DNA from: Psammoneis japonica
Taxonomy: Eukaryota
Assembly (NCBI GenBank): GCA_008632985.1
Contig: QPGO01000035.1
Coordinates: 297,899 to 361,898, forward strand
Direction: 5' to 3'
DNA length: 64,000 bases
Shown here one piece after another: positions 1-13,438 of the stretch. The notes beneath the pieces are model-generated. The model worked only from the letters and a program-made list of their open reading frames with translations, had not been told where the DNA came from and ran no database searches. Numbering within the stretch: the stretch's first letter is position 1; each line of letters opens with the position of its first letter. Both the position numbers and the translations under genes were made by a program.

Positions 1-1800
1 ATCGATTCGGATCTCACCCGCACAGTTTCCTCTTTTGTGGGTGCAAGCACTTGCTGGCACCCACCATGTTTTTGAGTTTTTTGGTGCCACTGCTTGCTTG
101 TGATGCTGCCACCATGCGAGTGCTGGATGCGGAGAAGAGGGTGATGAGCGGATTCGAGGATGACAGATGACAAGTTCAAAGCACAACCAACGTTCGGACC
201 CAAGCTAGAGTGGAGATTGTGAAATGCCCCACCAATTGATCTGGGCATGCATCGACGTGCCGCTGCCTGGTCTTAGATGTGAAACTGCAACAACTTCCAG
301 CCAGGGTCAGGGCAAGGGATCGACCGAGTGGGCTGCGCACTCGCAAACACCGATGGAGGTGGTGGGGTGGCCCGGGTTCTGTGGCCTCATGGCGGCCGAA
401 GGGGGGCATCCCCGGAACAAAATGACAGCAGACATGAACTTGAGCCAATGACTCAACGACTGGGCCCGAAGGTTCCGCCGTGTTTTGGAGGAGGGGCGTG
501 CGACACAGCGCCTTGGCTCCTTGCTTGAGGAGTTTGCTTTTGAGGAATGTGGATTGGTGCCTGGTGTCAAGTTCCAGGAGCGGTCGAATGAGCTCATCGT
601 GGTGGCACCAGACCTTGTTGCGATGTTGCGGAACGATGAGGCACTCGGTGTTGGAGACAGCAGCAAGTGCCGGTCTCCGGAGCCAGGGAAGAGAGTCCGA
701 GTTCGCAGGGGCACACTGAAGATGGTCTGCTCACTGTTGAGATTTCCTTTTGAAACCAAGCCTTGCTGGAAACTTCAGTTCCTGAATCGTCCTGGTGCAC
801 TGGACAACATTGCTTGTCAGTGGGAGATCCCAGACAATTTTGACGTGGAGAAAATGAATGACCACATTTCCCTTCCATCAAATTGGAGTGCAGAAAAGCA
901 GAAGATTTTCCACGTTGTCCACCAACTTTGTGGTCAAATGTGTGCTGACAAATGTTGATGCGGAATCTTGCATGTGTGCGAATGCTTTTTCTTCTGCAAG
1001 CAGACAACAGAAGGTCATTTTGTGATCTCTCCAGCTTTGAGTCGCACAGCAACATCGCCTTCGGTCCCACAATGCATCAAGAGCATGGTGGGGTTTGATG
1101 ACCATGAATTAGGACGTGGAGTCATCCATCCAAAATCTGCTTCGAAAGCCGCTAAGAAACTGAAGAAGCCCCACGGGCTGCCCCGTCCCCCTCCTGCTTC
1201 CCAGGGCACTCCTGGTGGATCTGCTGCTTCTGGAAGGCAGGGCCAGCAAGGCACCCATGGCAGTGCACCCCCAAAGGGGGAGAACTTGGCAGCCAGCCTT
1301 TGCCTTTCGGACCATGCGCTCTTCGATGCCACCAACAACGTTCCACTGATGACGACCTCAAAATGTCCGTCCGTCCTCATGAAAATGCAGCGGAGCTCAC
1401 GAAAGCATCACGTCGAGGATGAAATGGCTCACGAAGCAGAAGTTTGCGCCGCCCTTGCAGACTGTGAAGCCGCACAGGAAGCCATCGTTGCCTTTCACGG
1501 CCACAGCTCCCACCTTGGAGTGGCCATGACCTGTCTCGGATGGGAAATGGACGACCTGGATGACATCGGACTCGAAAATGTGTCGGAAGCGTTTCAAGTA
1601 CTCCGCGGTTCGCGCGGTTGGCTTGTTGAGCGACGCCCGGTGTCCTGCACAACGACCTGGAACTTCACAACATTGTCCAGAGTCGGGACGACCCCGACCG
1701 GGCCAAAATCATCGATTTCGGTAGGGCGGTCTTCACTTCGAACCAGCGCCTCCTAGCGGAGCAAGTGGAACGGGTCAAGATTCTCTTGGGGGTCCAGTAA
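1..1800 (+). pseudogene. Degraded protein-kinase gene (possibly Crinkler-like multicopy family), TpA-hypermutated, left end outside the window
   Basis: An alternate frame at 1642-1722 reads VLHNDLELHNI...KIIDFG (kinase catalytic loop and DFG), ending at TAA 1798-1800. Upstream EMAHEAEVCAAL...IVAFHGHS resembles kinase subdomains III-IV with Y->C/H. There is a frameshift near 1600-1640 and almost no TpA in 1-1590. Confidence 0.6.
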
Positions 1801-2778
1801 GAAATTAGCTGCGCTATACTGAGCTCAGAAGTTTGGTAGTAAAGAACAAGTCAGCCAAAATAAGCCTACAATTTTGTAGATTGGCCCTCTGGCGTTGTCA
1901 CCCCAAATTACTTGAATTTCAGGAACCGCAGACGAATGTGACGGTTGTCTTGGTCGGTGCTAGGGCCTATGCATTACAATCCCGCCTCGATTGCCTTGGC
2001 AACCAGGACGGTGCGTGACTTGGGGCCAAAAGGGAAATCTGGGGCGCCGTCGTGGCGGAACAATGCGATATTCGTTGGAACAAGACGCTGCAACTAATAA
2101 AGGAAAAACAATACTCGGAGGCAATTTACAAAAAGGTGTTGACCAACGAAATGCGTGCTGCCTCACCTGTGATACAGGCCTTAGAGTACAGTCTTCCCGT
2201 CATTTTGGGTGATCAACTTCAACTCGTCTATGAGCGACCTGCTTTCACGAAAGCGGTGACTATGAAAAAATGATTCAGTCATTAACATCCACGACTGACG
2301 CCTCTTTTGAGTCATCCAGCGAACTCGGCTGGGACGGAACAAGCAGGCTATTATCTCCTGCTAACTGAGAAAGAAAGGCTACCTGTTTTCTAGTTATCAT
2401 TCTTACTTTCACCACTTATTGCGATGCCTCTTGTGCCTGTGAATCAGCTGTTTCACGGTATCGGTGTCAGGCTTGAAGAAGAAGAACTTTCTTTTCTCGA
2501 AAAACAAAGGACTTCTCGGCTTCTTTCGGTGCCTTTACAATAGAGTTGTCTTGGATATCGGTTTGCTGTCTGCTATAGGAAATCAAGCTCTACAGTAAGC
2601 GAACTCTTTCATGAAGCATCCAGGAAACCGTCTATTTGCTTCGCATCCAACGGAGCAACTCGTCTCCCACGAGAATCATTCTCCGTTAAGATTTGCATAA
2701 TTGCAGATAAAAATGAAACTTAGTTTTCAACTGATTCTTAGCAAAATACGAGTGCTGTCTTGAGGTAACCACCAACTC

Positions 2779-3849
2779 TTAGTTCTTGGGAAGTGTCGAT
2801 GCGCGGAGGCTGTCCCTCTGCACATTAAAGTTGACCTTGCAGTTGGGGCACTTGACGGATGCAACGTCATCAAAGCCCTCCACAAAGAGGATATCTCCAA
2901 AGTAGACACGGTTCTCCACCTCGCAACTCGGACACGGACCATAGGCGATGAACTTTTTCTGAAAGATAAGGTCTTCCGTGATGGCTTTGGTGGCAAAGAA
3001 AATCAGGGGTGACCCAAGCAAGAGCAGAACGAGCGGATTAAATCGATAAAGTGGTGCCAAGAGCTCGAAACCAAGTCCAAGCCACAAGGTGGTCAGAATA
3101 CCACCGGCTGGGAGGTACAACAGATTTGAACGGAAAAAGTCTTCTTGAAAGGTAACGGTGCAGATACCGGTGTCAATATAGCACTTGGGTTCGGTAGAAA
3201 CTGCAAATTTTGATCCAGAATCCTTCAATTCTTGCTTTAGTGCATTGTACTCTTCGTCTCCCATGATAGGGTCCTCTCCTTTGAGGTAAGCAGACACGGC
3301 GGCTAAATACATTGCTTCTTTACGGTTCATCACAACCATGTCTGACCCACTCCACTGCAGATCCTCCTTGAGCAAATCAAACTCTCCGTCGTCAAGAAGC
3401 TGTCTGCCACTGACATAGTAAGACTGAACGTTAATGATGGTGTTGAGAAAGACAAAATGTGAGGGACACTGAATCGTCTGGTCGTTTGTTTCATGAAATT
3501 ACAACGATTGTAACGATCATGATGGACGCACCTGCAAGGCATCCATAAAGATTCGCTCTTTCTCTTCCAACGTAAGACGAATCATCTTTCCGGTTTTCTT
3601 GTCGACTGCGCAGTACTCGTCTTCGGGAATGCAATCCGCACCGCCAAGCTTGCCTTCTTCTACGAATTTACCTGTTTCATCATCGTAAACGAGATCGTCT
3701 TTAGTTTTTGTGTCTTGATCTGCCATGAAGAGAGGCGCTGCCTTCCCAAACGCCCTTTTATTGTTGTTCACCAAGGATGGAGTAAAAGCATCATTTCTAC
3801 CGACAAGCAGCAGTGCAGCAGCTGCGAGATACAACCACCTCACCGCCAT
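2779..3849 (-). CDS. PGRL1: PGR5-like protein 1 (cyclic electron flow), plastid-targeted; exons 3849-3532 and 3423-2779
   Basis: Signal peptide ending NDAFTP, then LEEKERIFMDALQ|SYYVSGRQLLDDGEFDLLKEDLQWSGS. Two TM helices and C-terminal GPCPSC...VKCPNC. GT-AG intron 3531-3424. Confidence 0.92.
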
Positions 3850-4205
3850 GTTGATGTTGTTGGATTTACAAATCATCACAGCCAAAAAGCCTTCCGCTTC
3901 GCTCGGTGGCGGGATGCTGACGTACCAAAATGAATTTTGTACCAGGGTCATGTAGAATCTACGGCTTCCGCGCGCCACGCGACCACGTCGTGCACCCACG
4001 GGTACACCCCGCGCCGCTTTTCAGATGGCATGGGCAACTTTATCTATCTGATCACAGACAAGCGTTCTCACAGACCGATTCCGCGATGATTCCAGCTCAG
4101 TACTGAATCTCCGTAGCGGTTCGCGTAGAAAATTGGATTGAATCATGTCACGCACTCATAGACCGCAGACGGGCGTTTATTTTGTTGTTCTGTCAAGTGC
4201 CGACC

Positions 4206-6710
4206 ATGACGACAACCAGGACAGCCGAAGAGGCGTCCCAAAAGCACAAGGACTTTCTACTCTCCAAGGTTGAACGTTCTATTTCTGTGGTACCGCCTGA
4301 AAAAGCGGTAAGTGAGAACAACTCCTCTATCATCTAAAGAATGAATAGAACTGCATGTCGGCGGCATGATGTGCGGTATTTGTATTGTACGCACGTAGAT
4401 TCGTACCGGGGTCTACGCCAAGTTGAATCTGCCGCCGTTGAATTTTGATTTTTTTCTGTGAAAGTTACCATTCGTCCAACATGACTCTAGGCATCAACTT
4501 CACACTTCTCTTTCTGAATCATTCTTTTGATAGCCGTCTAACACATACTCCTAATCTGCTGCCTTTCCTCTCTCCATCAGGACGGAAATATCGAATACAA
4601 ACGTCAAGTTCATCATTCTGCAACCACAAGATTACGTTCGCTCGCCACGCAAATGAGTTACCGCCTCGACCAGGGGCACGGATGCTGCAAATATCGTATT
4701 GGAGTGGAAGACGATGGGTGTCACTCATTACTCGACTACAACTCGGTAGCAGAATCGGCTCGCATGTTGGAGGGTATTGCGCGCAACTTGAATGCAATTG
4801 TTTTGGAGCGCAACATGATTCAAAACGAAATCATATTACAGGATGATGGAGAGCCTGCGAAGAACGCAACAGGGGATGCAGTGACTGTATCAGAACCGCC
4901 TATATTAGGAAGTCACATTACCAGGGTCAACAGTGAAGATGAAAAGGAAGAGAAAGATTCGGATGATGTGAGATTATCCGTTGAACTTGACAAGCAAGCC
5001 GGTGTTTACACAAGGTGCGAGCTCACGATTCAACGAGTCGAGACGCATCTCTTGGACCCTTCCCCTGTCTCTCTTGCGGCTTTGGCAAAGTCTGCTTCGA
5101 CCGTGTCTGACATTTCTGTGGAGGAGATGAAAGTGGACGGGCCACCACCGTCTTCGGATGAGGAGGAAACGCCGGAACCAAAAGAGAGTGCGAAGAAAAC
5201 GCCACCAGAGACTGCCGAATCCAAGCCAGGCACTTCCATTTCGGAAACTCTTTCATCACGAAACCTTCGGATTGCTGTTGTTGGTAATGTGGATGCTGGC
5301 AAGAGTACGCTTATTGGAACGCTGACTACATCTTCGCTCGATGACGGACGAGGAAAAAGCCGGACGTCCATTATGAAACATCGTCATGAGATTGAGAGTG
5401 GAAGAACGTCAACGGCAACGACTCATCTCATGGGCTTTCGGTCGTCGGGAGAGCCTATTGCGGGTAAAGATCAGATTCGAGCAAACAAATGCAAGACCGA
5501 AGATGAGGTGGCACGGGAGTCATACCGCATCATTACACTGATGGACCTGGCTGGCCACGAAAAGTACCTCAAAACCACTATTCACGGAGTGTCCTCGGGC
5601 ATGGCGACTACGCTCTCATTCTTGTCAATAGTCGTCATCCACCAACGCACATGACGCAGCACCACTTGAATCTCTGCTGCAGTTTCGGTATTCCCGTCAT
5701 TGTCGTGTTCACAAAGATTGATGGCTGTCCAGAGCATGCCCTCAAGACTTCCAAACAGGAAGTGGTCAAGCTGTTACGCGCTCCGGATATCGGTAAGAAA
5801 CCCTTTCGCGTAAAGAATGAGCAGGATATTTCCACTTGCATTGGCAAGCTCCATACACTTGCACCCATGATTGAGACGTCTTGTGTCACCGGCGAGGGCA
5901 TTGACTTGCTCCAAAAGGTGCTTTTTGCGCTTCCCAAGCGACGGCGTCATGAAAACAAGGTGAATCGCCCCTTTGAATTCCTGGTGGAGGATATTTTCAA
6001 CGTTCCCGGAGTGGGCGCTGTCGTTTCTGGATTCGTGAATGCCGGAGAGCTGTCTGTCGGCGCCCATTCGCATGTCTACGTGGGACCAACGGACGATGGC
6101 TCCTTTTAAAGACGGTGGCCAAGTCTGCTCATATTGCCAGAATAAATACCTCGTTCGTCACGGCGGGTCAGTCGGCGTGTTTAGCTTTCGCTCTCAACAA
6201 GGAATTGCGTAAGAAGCTGCGACGAGGCATGGTGGTGCTAAAGGACTCTCCCACGTCGACTCGTGAGTTTGACGCTGAGATTTGCGTCCTCAAGGGCGAG
6301 GGGACCACCATTCGTCGGTCTTACCAGGCATATGTGCACATTTTAAATGTGCGCCAGAGTGCGTTTGCCCGCAGCATTGAAATCGTAAACCACAACGCCG
6401 TGGGTTTAACCCCCAGCCATCATGCTGTCCAAGACGAGGAGGACGAAGGAATTGTGCTTCGTCCTGGTAGTAGGGCAAAGGTTCGCTTCGAGTTTGCAAA
6501 ACGACCGGTATGTATAGGTTTACGAGTCTTGTGATGGTGTTCAGCATTGTCAAGACTGTGTTTTTTTTCTGACGATTCGCCCTTTTGCTTCTTTGTTGCT
6601 GCAGGAATACATCCGTCCTGGAATGCGTATGCTCTTTCGTGATGGTCGTGTCAGGGGGGTTGGGATCATTACTGGAGTACCTGCATTACAGACGGTGAGC
6701 TAGTAAGAGA
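4206..6710 (+). CDS. GTPBP2: GTP-binding protein 1/2 family (translational GTPase); intron-containing, with apparent frameshifts
   Basis: DGNIEYK motif, G1 VVGNVDAGKST, HRHEIESGRTS, DLAGHEKYLKTT, FTKID, VPGVGAVVSG, and terminal EYIRPGMRMLFRDGRVRGVG. 3' end is approximate. Confidence 0.85.
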
Positions 6711-7458
6711 ACCTGGGATTCCATTTCTGAAGTTTTCGAGGTCCATTTTTACGTTGTGTAGAAGATTTAGAGAGGTGAATGAGTGCATCAGTGAATAATG
6801 GTTGTTCCTTTTTAAAAATAGGACAGATAATGAACCTCTAATACCTACCTCTTCCTTCGACAAAAAGTATAATGATACCGGTAGCACCAAAGGGCCCAAA
6901 GTACTTTGCCGGGGCACCACACACACGGCTTGGGAGAGGTCTGCGTGCGGGAGCACCAGAACAGAATGAGCGGTTTTTCAATTTTTATTCATGAATGTAT
7001 TAGCTATGATTTTGCCACATCAGGCACGCGTCACAGCGATGACGTCAAATCAAACCGCGTGACGTAGAATATTCAAGCTCCCTAATTATTTCGGAAGGAC
7101 TTTAAAGCTAGATCCGGGTTTGTTGACATTGCATTCTTCATCAGATACCGCTTGGTACAAATTTTCGTTGAAATCAAGTATGTAGGATGCTACAGAGAAG
7201 TGTACCAAAACATCCGATAAGTTGCATGCACCGCTGATAAGTGAGCCGTGACGCATTGAGCGAGCGAGGAACCGCATGCAGTGCAAGATCACGCACTCGC
7301 TTCGTCAGAACGATCTTGGAACACTTGTTGACCGAGTCATAAAATCCACATTGACTCATCAAGCCTTCCAAGCCAACCACACCCATCAACACCACATCTC
7401 CCCACTTTTCCCCACCTCACACAGTAACGCGATAAAAGCTTTCAAAGAAAAATTGACA

Positions 7459-8453
7459 ATGACTTCCCGACTCGATAGAAGAGGACTCTCCAGACCGGCG
7501 ATCCGAACCGTATCGTTGGCAACGATGGTTGCGATTCTGTGTGTATGCATGTTTCAAACGAACGCTTTTCAAATGTCAATGGTGGCATCACGAGCACCGT
7601 ATTTGCCTGGCTTTGGTCAGGGTCTTGGCAGTGCTGGCTCACAAGTTACAGGCGGCTTAATCTCCAACCTGGCAGTCGTTGCTCTCAAGATGCGACTGGC
7701 AAATCAGGCAGGGGTCAAATGTGATGTTACGGCTAATTCAGCCGATTTGTTACTTCGTGGCAAGGTCGGACCGGTACTGTGAGTGGACGGGGCTGGCAGA
7801 GTCGATTGGGCCTCACCTGCAGAGCTATTGAAGCTACTGTCGATAACTGCAGCCTGGATATTGGACGAGTGCTGTCCGACCAGAAGCTTGTTTTGAACAC
7901 CGCAGGTGAGTTAGCTCTTGTGTCATGTGTTTGCAGGGTACGTGGTAGTCACAAGTCTCACTTTCGAACGTTGCTCTTCCGTTTTACAGCCAAGGGTAAC
8001 GCAATGATCGCACTCAACGCTGTCGATTTCGGCAACTTCATTACACACCCTCTCATGAAGGCACCAGGTCTCCCATCAGCCTCCTCCGATTTTGGCAACA
8101 TTCAATTTCTAAAAGAAAATGTCAAGGTTGACCCAAAACGAGGAACAGTCGAATTCTTTGGCGACTACGCTGGTGAAACATGGAAATGCACACTTCAACG
8201 TGCGGGACCCAAGAGCAAGCAAAACGCAATGGTTACCGTTGAACCAACGAAGGTGGACTCCGAACACAAGGATCTGTCCATGGAGCTGTCAAGAACAGTG
8301 ACTGACTTTTTCAATGAAATGGTTTTCGCTTTGGATGGGACGTACTTGATGTTTCAAGACCTCATGGTTACGTCTAAAGGAGCCGCACCCAGCATAATGC
8401 TGTCGCTGAAGATTGTGGTGGAGAAGTTCCCATCCAGAGGCATGGCATTCTAA
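7459..8453 (+). CDS. Signal-peptide protein, DUF2993/LmeA-like
   Basis: Hydrophobic leader ending TNAF, then VKCDVTANSADLLLRGKVGPV-[frameshift]-SGRGWQSRLGL. Intron at about 7906-7989. Confidence 0.55.
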
Positions 8454-9068
8454 GCATGCAGGCAACTACATCTACACCTACACTTACACGATTTTGATAT
8501 TATACATGGTTTTGCACACAAATGGATAGACTGCATGGTGAGGGTCGCTGCCTTGCGAGGGCTGACCCCTTTTGTTTGCTGCTACGGCGCTACTTTTATT
8601 TTAACTCCAATAGACAATCACTATATTTACTACACGCATTGCTATGTTCTGCAAATAGAAACTATCTGTATCAGTTAACTCCACTCCATGATATGATGAT
8701 CGATGCAACGTATCTCTAGCTTGCTTCTACTTTCGTTATCCCTACATCGTCGCAGTTATCTGATCTACTCGATGGAGTATAGCTTGTGAGAATGAGGCAA
8801 GTACATAACATCAACTCATACTGTGAAGGCCTGCCCCCTGAGATGAATGCCATAATAGAACAATATAACGCTCAAGGCAAGTCGCTATACGGTAGTTTAG
8901 TTACTACGGAGTATTAGTCGATTTCATTTAAGTTTATTCCCGTCGTGTTCACTTATCGATTGGTCGTATTTTTGCTTTTGCTGCTTCAGTTTTGTATTTG
9001 CTAGCTAGAGTATACTGCGATTGATATCTGCCTTTTTTTTTAATGCAGTGCATTTTGAGTAAGTCATT

Positions 9069-10106
9069 TTATTCCGCCTCGCCTCTAGCCGCCTTGGAGC
9101 GGTCCTTGGTCCAGGACGTCCCTCCGACCGAACTAATGCATGGCGCCTTGCCAATGTAGGGAAAGTCGTCCAATGTAATGGCATCCAGGCAAAACTGGGC
9201 AACATCTGCACGAGTAATGGATCCAGCCTCTCCTTCAATCACGTTGATCACCCCCGTCGGTGGATCCACAGTCAAACCACCGGGTCGCACAATACAGTAT
9301 TCCAAGCCGCTCTCCTGTACAACCTTTTCTTGAGCATTCTTGTCAATAAAAATCTTTTTCATGGCAGTCATCATGAGTACCTTGAAGAGAAAGGGCGCTT
9401 GGTTTTCCGAATCGCCCGCTCCAATCGACGTAACGACCGCGATTCGTTTGCAGTCTTTTTCCTTCATGGCATTGATAATGTTGGTTGTACCTGAAACAAA
9501 GGTAACATCGAAGTATGTGCGCCGACGACAACAAGGGCATTATTTTAAACCGAGTCAGTCTTTGATTTTTCAAACGATAATGCGATACTTATGGAGATGG
9601 ATCCAATGCATACAAACACTGCGAACAAATACAAACAACATCTAGAGTGACTCACCATCCGTCAGCATTGTTTCACCCACATCTGCCGTCTTGCCTCCCA
9701 AGGCAACAACTACGCCATCTACCTTTTCGTCAGCAAACACCTTGGCAACGTCCTCTGCCTTGGTTACATCACCAGCTATGCACGTCAAGTTGGGATCGGT
9801 GAGGGGTTGACCGGCCTTGGAACCACCAGATCCCTTGGGAACTACCAAGTTGGACGGATTGCGCGTAAGACCAATCACCTTGTCGCCGTTTTGGAGTGCT
9901 TGATAGACACATTCCGATGCCGTCAGACCAGAAGCACCAAAGACGGCAATCGTTTTCATGCAAAGTGCCGAGGAACTAAACTTGATATTGTTACCAAGCC
10001 CGCTTCCGCCTACAAAGGATGAAGCGGGTGAAAAGGCGTTGGACGCTGTCCACAGGGACGTAGAAAGGATGAGACCAATGGTTGTTTTAGCTTGAAACTT
10101 CATCAT
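9069..10106 (-). CDS. Plastid-targeted NAD(P)-binding (NAD_binding_10 / flavin reductase-like) protein, 2 exons
   Basis: Presequence ASNAFSP, Rossmann motif IAVFGASGLTA, YCIVRPGGL and ITRADVA. Intron at about 9491-9655. Confidence 0.85.
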
Positions 10107-10583
10107 GATGGGTACGTAGGTAGCAAAGAATACAAGAAAGTCTCAATGCAAATAGGCAGAGCAGGATAGTAGAAGTATAATGAAAAGAGGGTGAGCGGCA
10201 GGTGAGCGGTGACTGAATCATCATCGATCATCGCATCGCATGATCCGCGATTCGCGATCTTTCTCGCGCTGACTCAATTTGAATCACAGGACTAAAACAA
10301 CGTCGTGCTCGGATGGGAAGCTGTAAAGTTTAGTTCGAACGTTTGTCCAACGGCCGGCCGGGGGTTATGGCTTCAAACACGTGGAAATGATGTGTCTTCT
10401 TGTGCTGATAACCCATCAAATGTGCGTTCCAAAATTTTTTCTTCAAAAAGTGAGCGACACACGTGTTGCTTTGTTGCTAGAGTCGAATCATCTCATTGTT
10501 TGTCGTTTGAGTCCAACAAACAGAGTAGTGTAGAATCAACAGGTTCAAGGAAAAACTTGAAAAGCACAAGGGTCACGAATAAA

Positions 10584-11650
10584 ATGGCTGAAACGAAAAT
10601 GATACAATTCAACATGCGCAACCTTTCTGGATTGTTGATTTTGTTCCTCGCAACTAGTTGCTTCACGGTTGACGCCAAAATATCGCCCTTCTCCCTGCAG
10701 CGACAACGAGGAGCATTTGATCCTTTTCTTCAAGAAACTCAGGAGCGACTGTCGAATGGGATTTCTTCCAGTTCAATTTTGGACTTGAGAGGTGGAGAAA
10801 CACGCAGACGGACGCAAAGGAAGCGAAAGGGTAGTCGCACCGCTAGTCTCCATTCGTCCGCACAAAAGACAGCGACGGGAAAGAAAAAGGTTGGAGCCGC
10901 CAAAAAGGAGGAAGAAAAGAAATCAGCCTTGTCTGATACGTATCAAAAATACAAGAAAATACTGCCACTCACGAGAATTTACATCTCCATGGTGGGTTCA
11001 CAACCGTGTTGGGTCTTGTTCTTGGAGAAGAAATGGCGCAGGCCGTGTTGGCCTTGGATCCAACCCGTCTCATGTATGGAATAGAGATTTGGAGGCCCTT
11101 CACTGCAGCCACATTTTTGGGGACACCCTCGATTGGGTGGCTCATGAGTGGATACTACTTGTTTCAATACGGATCATCGCTCGAGAGAGCGTACGGGACA
11201 GCTCAGCATTTAATCTTTCTCCTGACACAAATTACCCTGCTTACCGTGCTGAGTTGTTTATTCCGACAGCCCTTTTTTACAAACTCTGTCATTACAGCCA
11301 TGCTCTATGTGCTTAGCCGAACGAAACCCAGAGAAAAGGTCAAGTGGTTGGTCTTTACCGTCTCTTACTGGATGTTGCCCTATGGACTCATGATTTCAGA
11401 CGTACTGCAAGCCAAGAGTATCATGGCGGCTCTTCCTCACATTTTGGGGGTTTTGTCGGGCCACTTTTATTACTTTCACAAGGATGTGTGGCCCCAGGTG
11501 AGCGGCGACAAGGTCGATTGGCTGCAGGCACCGGACTTTTTGGTTCGAAGGTTTGATCCGGATGCCAAGAAGACAAGGGCAAGGATGCTGTCAATAGCGC
11601 TCTCAAGTCAAGAAAGAGAAAACCTGGCAGAAAGCTTGGTGGGAAGTGAG
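10584..11650 (+). CDS. DER1: Derlin (Der1-like), probably the symbiont-specific SELMA sDer1; frameshifts near 11000 and 11580
   Basis: Signal peptide plus transit-like region with LRGG. Derlin motifs ILPLTR, EIWRPFTAATFLG, YGSSLER and GVLSGHFYYF. Confidence 0.8.
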
Positions 11651-11855
11651 TTGCACAGAAGAAGCGTGCGTAGCTTTTGAGTTTCCTGCAAACCCACGCA
11701 CAGACAATGTTGCAATTTCACGTGCACCTTATTGCTAGTTTTCTAAACCATGCTGAGTTACTAAAGTACGTTTTATCTAAATAATATGATTGCCTGTTTA
11801 GCCAGCTACTGCACATGTTGTCATGCTCCTACTGCTGTAGCGAGAACGCAACGTG

Positions 11856-13438
11856 TTAGAGATCCCAAATGTCTCCGTATTCATGGCGCTTCCCACAATA
11901 CTTGCACGTGAAGGTTTTATCGGTGCGGTAAAAGCTTGGCAGAACATTCTGGTACGCGTCGGGTCCCGTGATGCAATTGGGATTCTTGCAAGAGATTTCC
12001 TTGAAATTGTAAATCTTGGGTGGCATGTCAACCCGGTACTTTGCCTTGACGGATCGGTCGGCAATCAGATTGACCGTGCAACCGGGAGACACGGCTGCAA
12101 GTTTCTTGAGCTCGTTGGGGCTCATTTCGAACACATCAGGCAAGGACATGATGCCTTTGTATTCCTCGTCGGGGTCGCTCGTGTGAAAAACACCATGAGA
12201 GCCTCTCACATTGAGCTTGAGGATGCGTCGAATCTTGGAGATGCGATCCCAAATAATCTCGGGAGACTTGCCCTTGGCAATGTGGTCAATGACCGTGCCA
12301 TCGTCGACGGGTTTAATGCCCACCTTGAAGCGGTCTTCGACGTGCGTCTTGCGAGTGACAGGAATCTCTGTAATGAAATGCTTTTCCTCGCTCTCGGGCT
12401 CGAGGCCCTTGCCGGTAAAGTCACCGCCGAGTTTGCCAGCCACGAGCGAGAGCTCAATGACTCGCGTAAAGTAACCATTCATGGCTTGCTCATCCCATCC
12501 GTTGAGAGGGAGAGCATCCAAAAAGGTTGGAATAACGGGTCGCTCGCGGTGTCGGGGAAGTGGGTGGTAAAAGCGGGTGTTTTCTGGAAGCTCAGGCAAC
12601 CACTTTTGTTGAAAGGTAACAGCCTTGCGGAGATCCTTTTCGCGATCGCGAATCTCATCTCCCATGCGCTCCAACTGAAGGCGAGTAAAGTACCAACAGT
12701 CACAAACCTTACCGGACTTGAGGTATTCTTCAATGCTGTCATACTCTCGAATCTCAAAGCCGTGTTGCAGCATAAGCGTCTTGTACGATTCTGGCATTTG
12801 AAGCTCGGGAGGAGCCACAAGATCGACAATTACCTCTCGAAAAACGCAGAGTCCATCTGCCTTAGAGTGGACGGTACGACCGTGCAGCAAATCTCCAATG
12901 AGCGCCACATGAATCTTGGAATCGTCCCATTGACGCTGTTCGAGAAAGGTGAATTCATCGAGAAACTCTTGCGTGGGATGCTCGTGACGTCCGTCACCCG
13001 CATTGATGAAAACGGGCTTTTCCCGACCGATCCGTTCGGCATACTCGGCGAGTTGTTCCTCCAGCGCCAAGCAGACGCCTTCCATTTTGGTGCGCATGAT
13101 AAAGATAGACCGACGGCCATAACCCACCAGCATCTTGATGGTATCCACAAGACTTCCTTTTTGGTAAAGGACGATGTGGCCGCGTCGAAAATGTTGAGTT
13201 TGACCTCGTGAAAGTTGGCAGCGCTTCGGAAGGACTCTTTGGTACGTGTGGAGGCTTCTAGAAACATGAGATAGACATTGAGGTCTGGGTCGACAATGCG
13301 AAACTCCGTCATGTCCTTGCCTGCCGTCCACGCAGCTTTGAGCTCACGCGTCTTTTGATACAGATAACGCTGCTCATCCACACTCAAATCACCCGCTGCC
13401 GCCAGAGTGCGGCCATGAAAAGGATTCGAGCCAGACAT
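11856..13438 (-). CDS. pyrBI: Aspartate carbamoyltransferase catalytic chain fused to the regulatory chain (PyrB-PyrI); frameshift near 13150
   Basis: ATCase motifs FLEASTRTKESF, INAGDGRHEHPTQ, GDLLHGRTVHS, YFTRLQLER and YHPLPR. These are followed by PyrI motifs DGTVIDHI, KGIM, TVNLI and the Zn ligands CKNPNC...CKYC. Confidence 0.92.

Noticed and set aside
1833..2273. Short ORFs downstream of the kinase relic
   Set aside because: No recognisable domain or splice pattern that I can support.
11853..13211. 452-aa plus-strand ORF
   Set aside because: Antisense shadow of pyrBI with no recognisable motifs.
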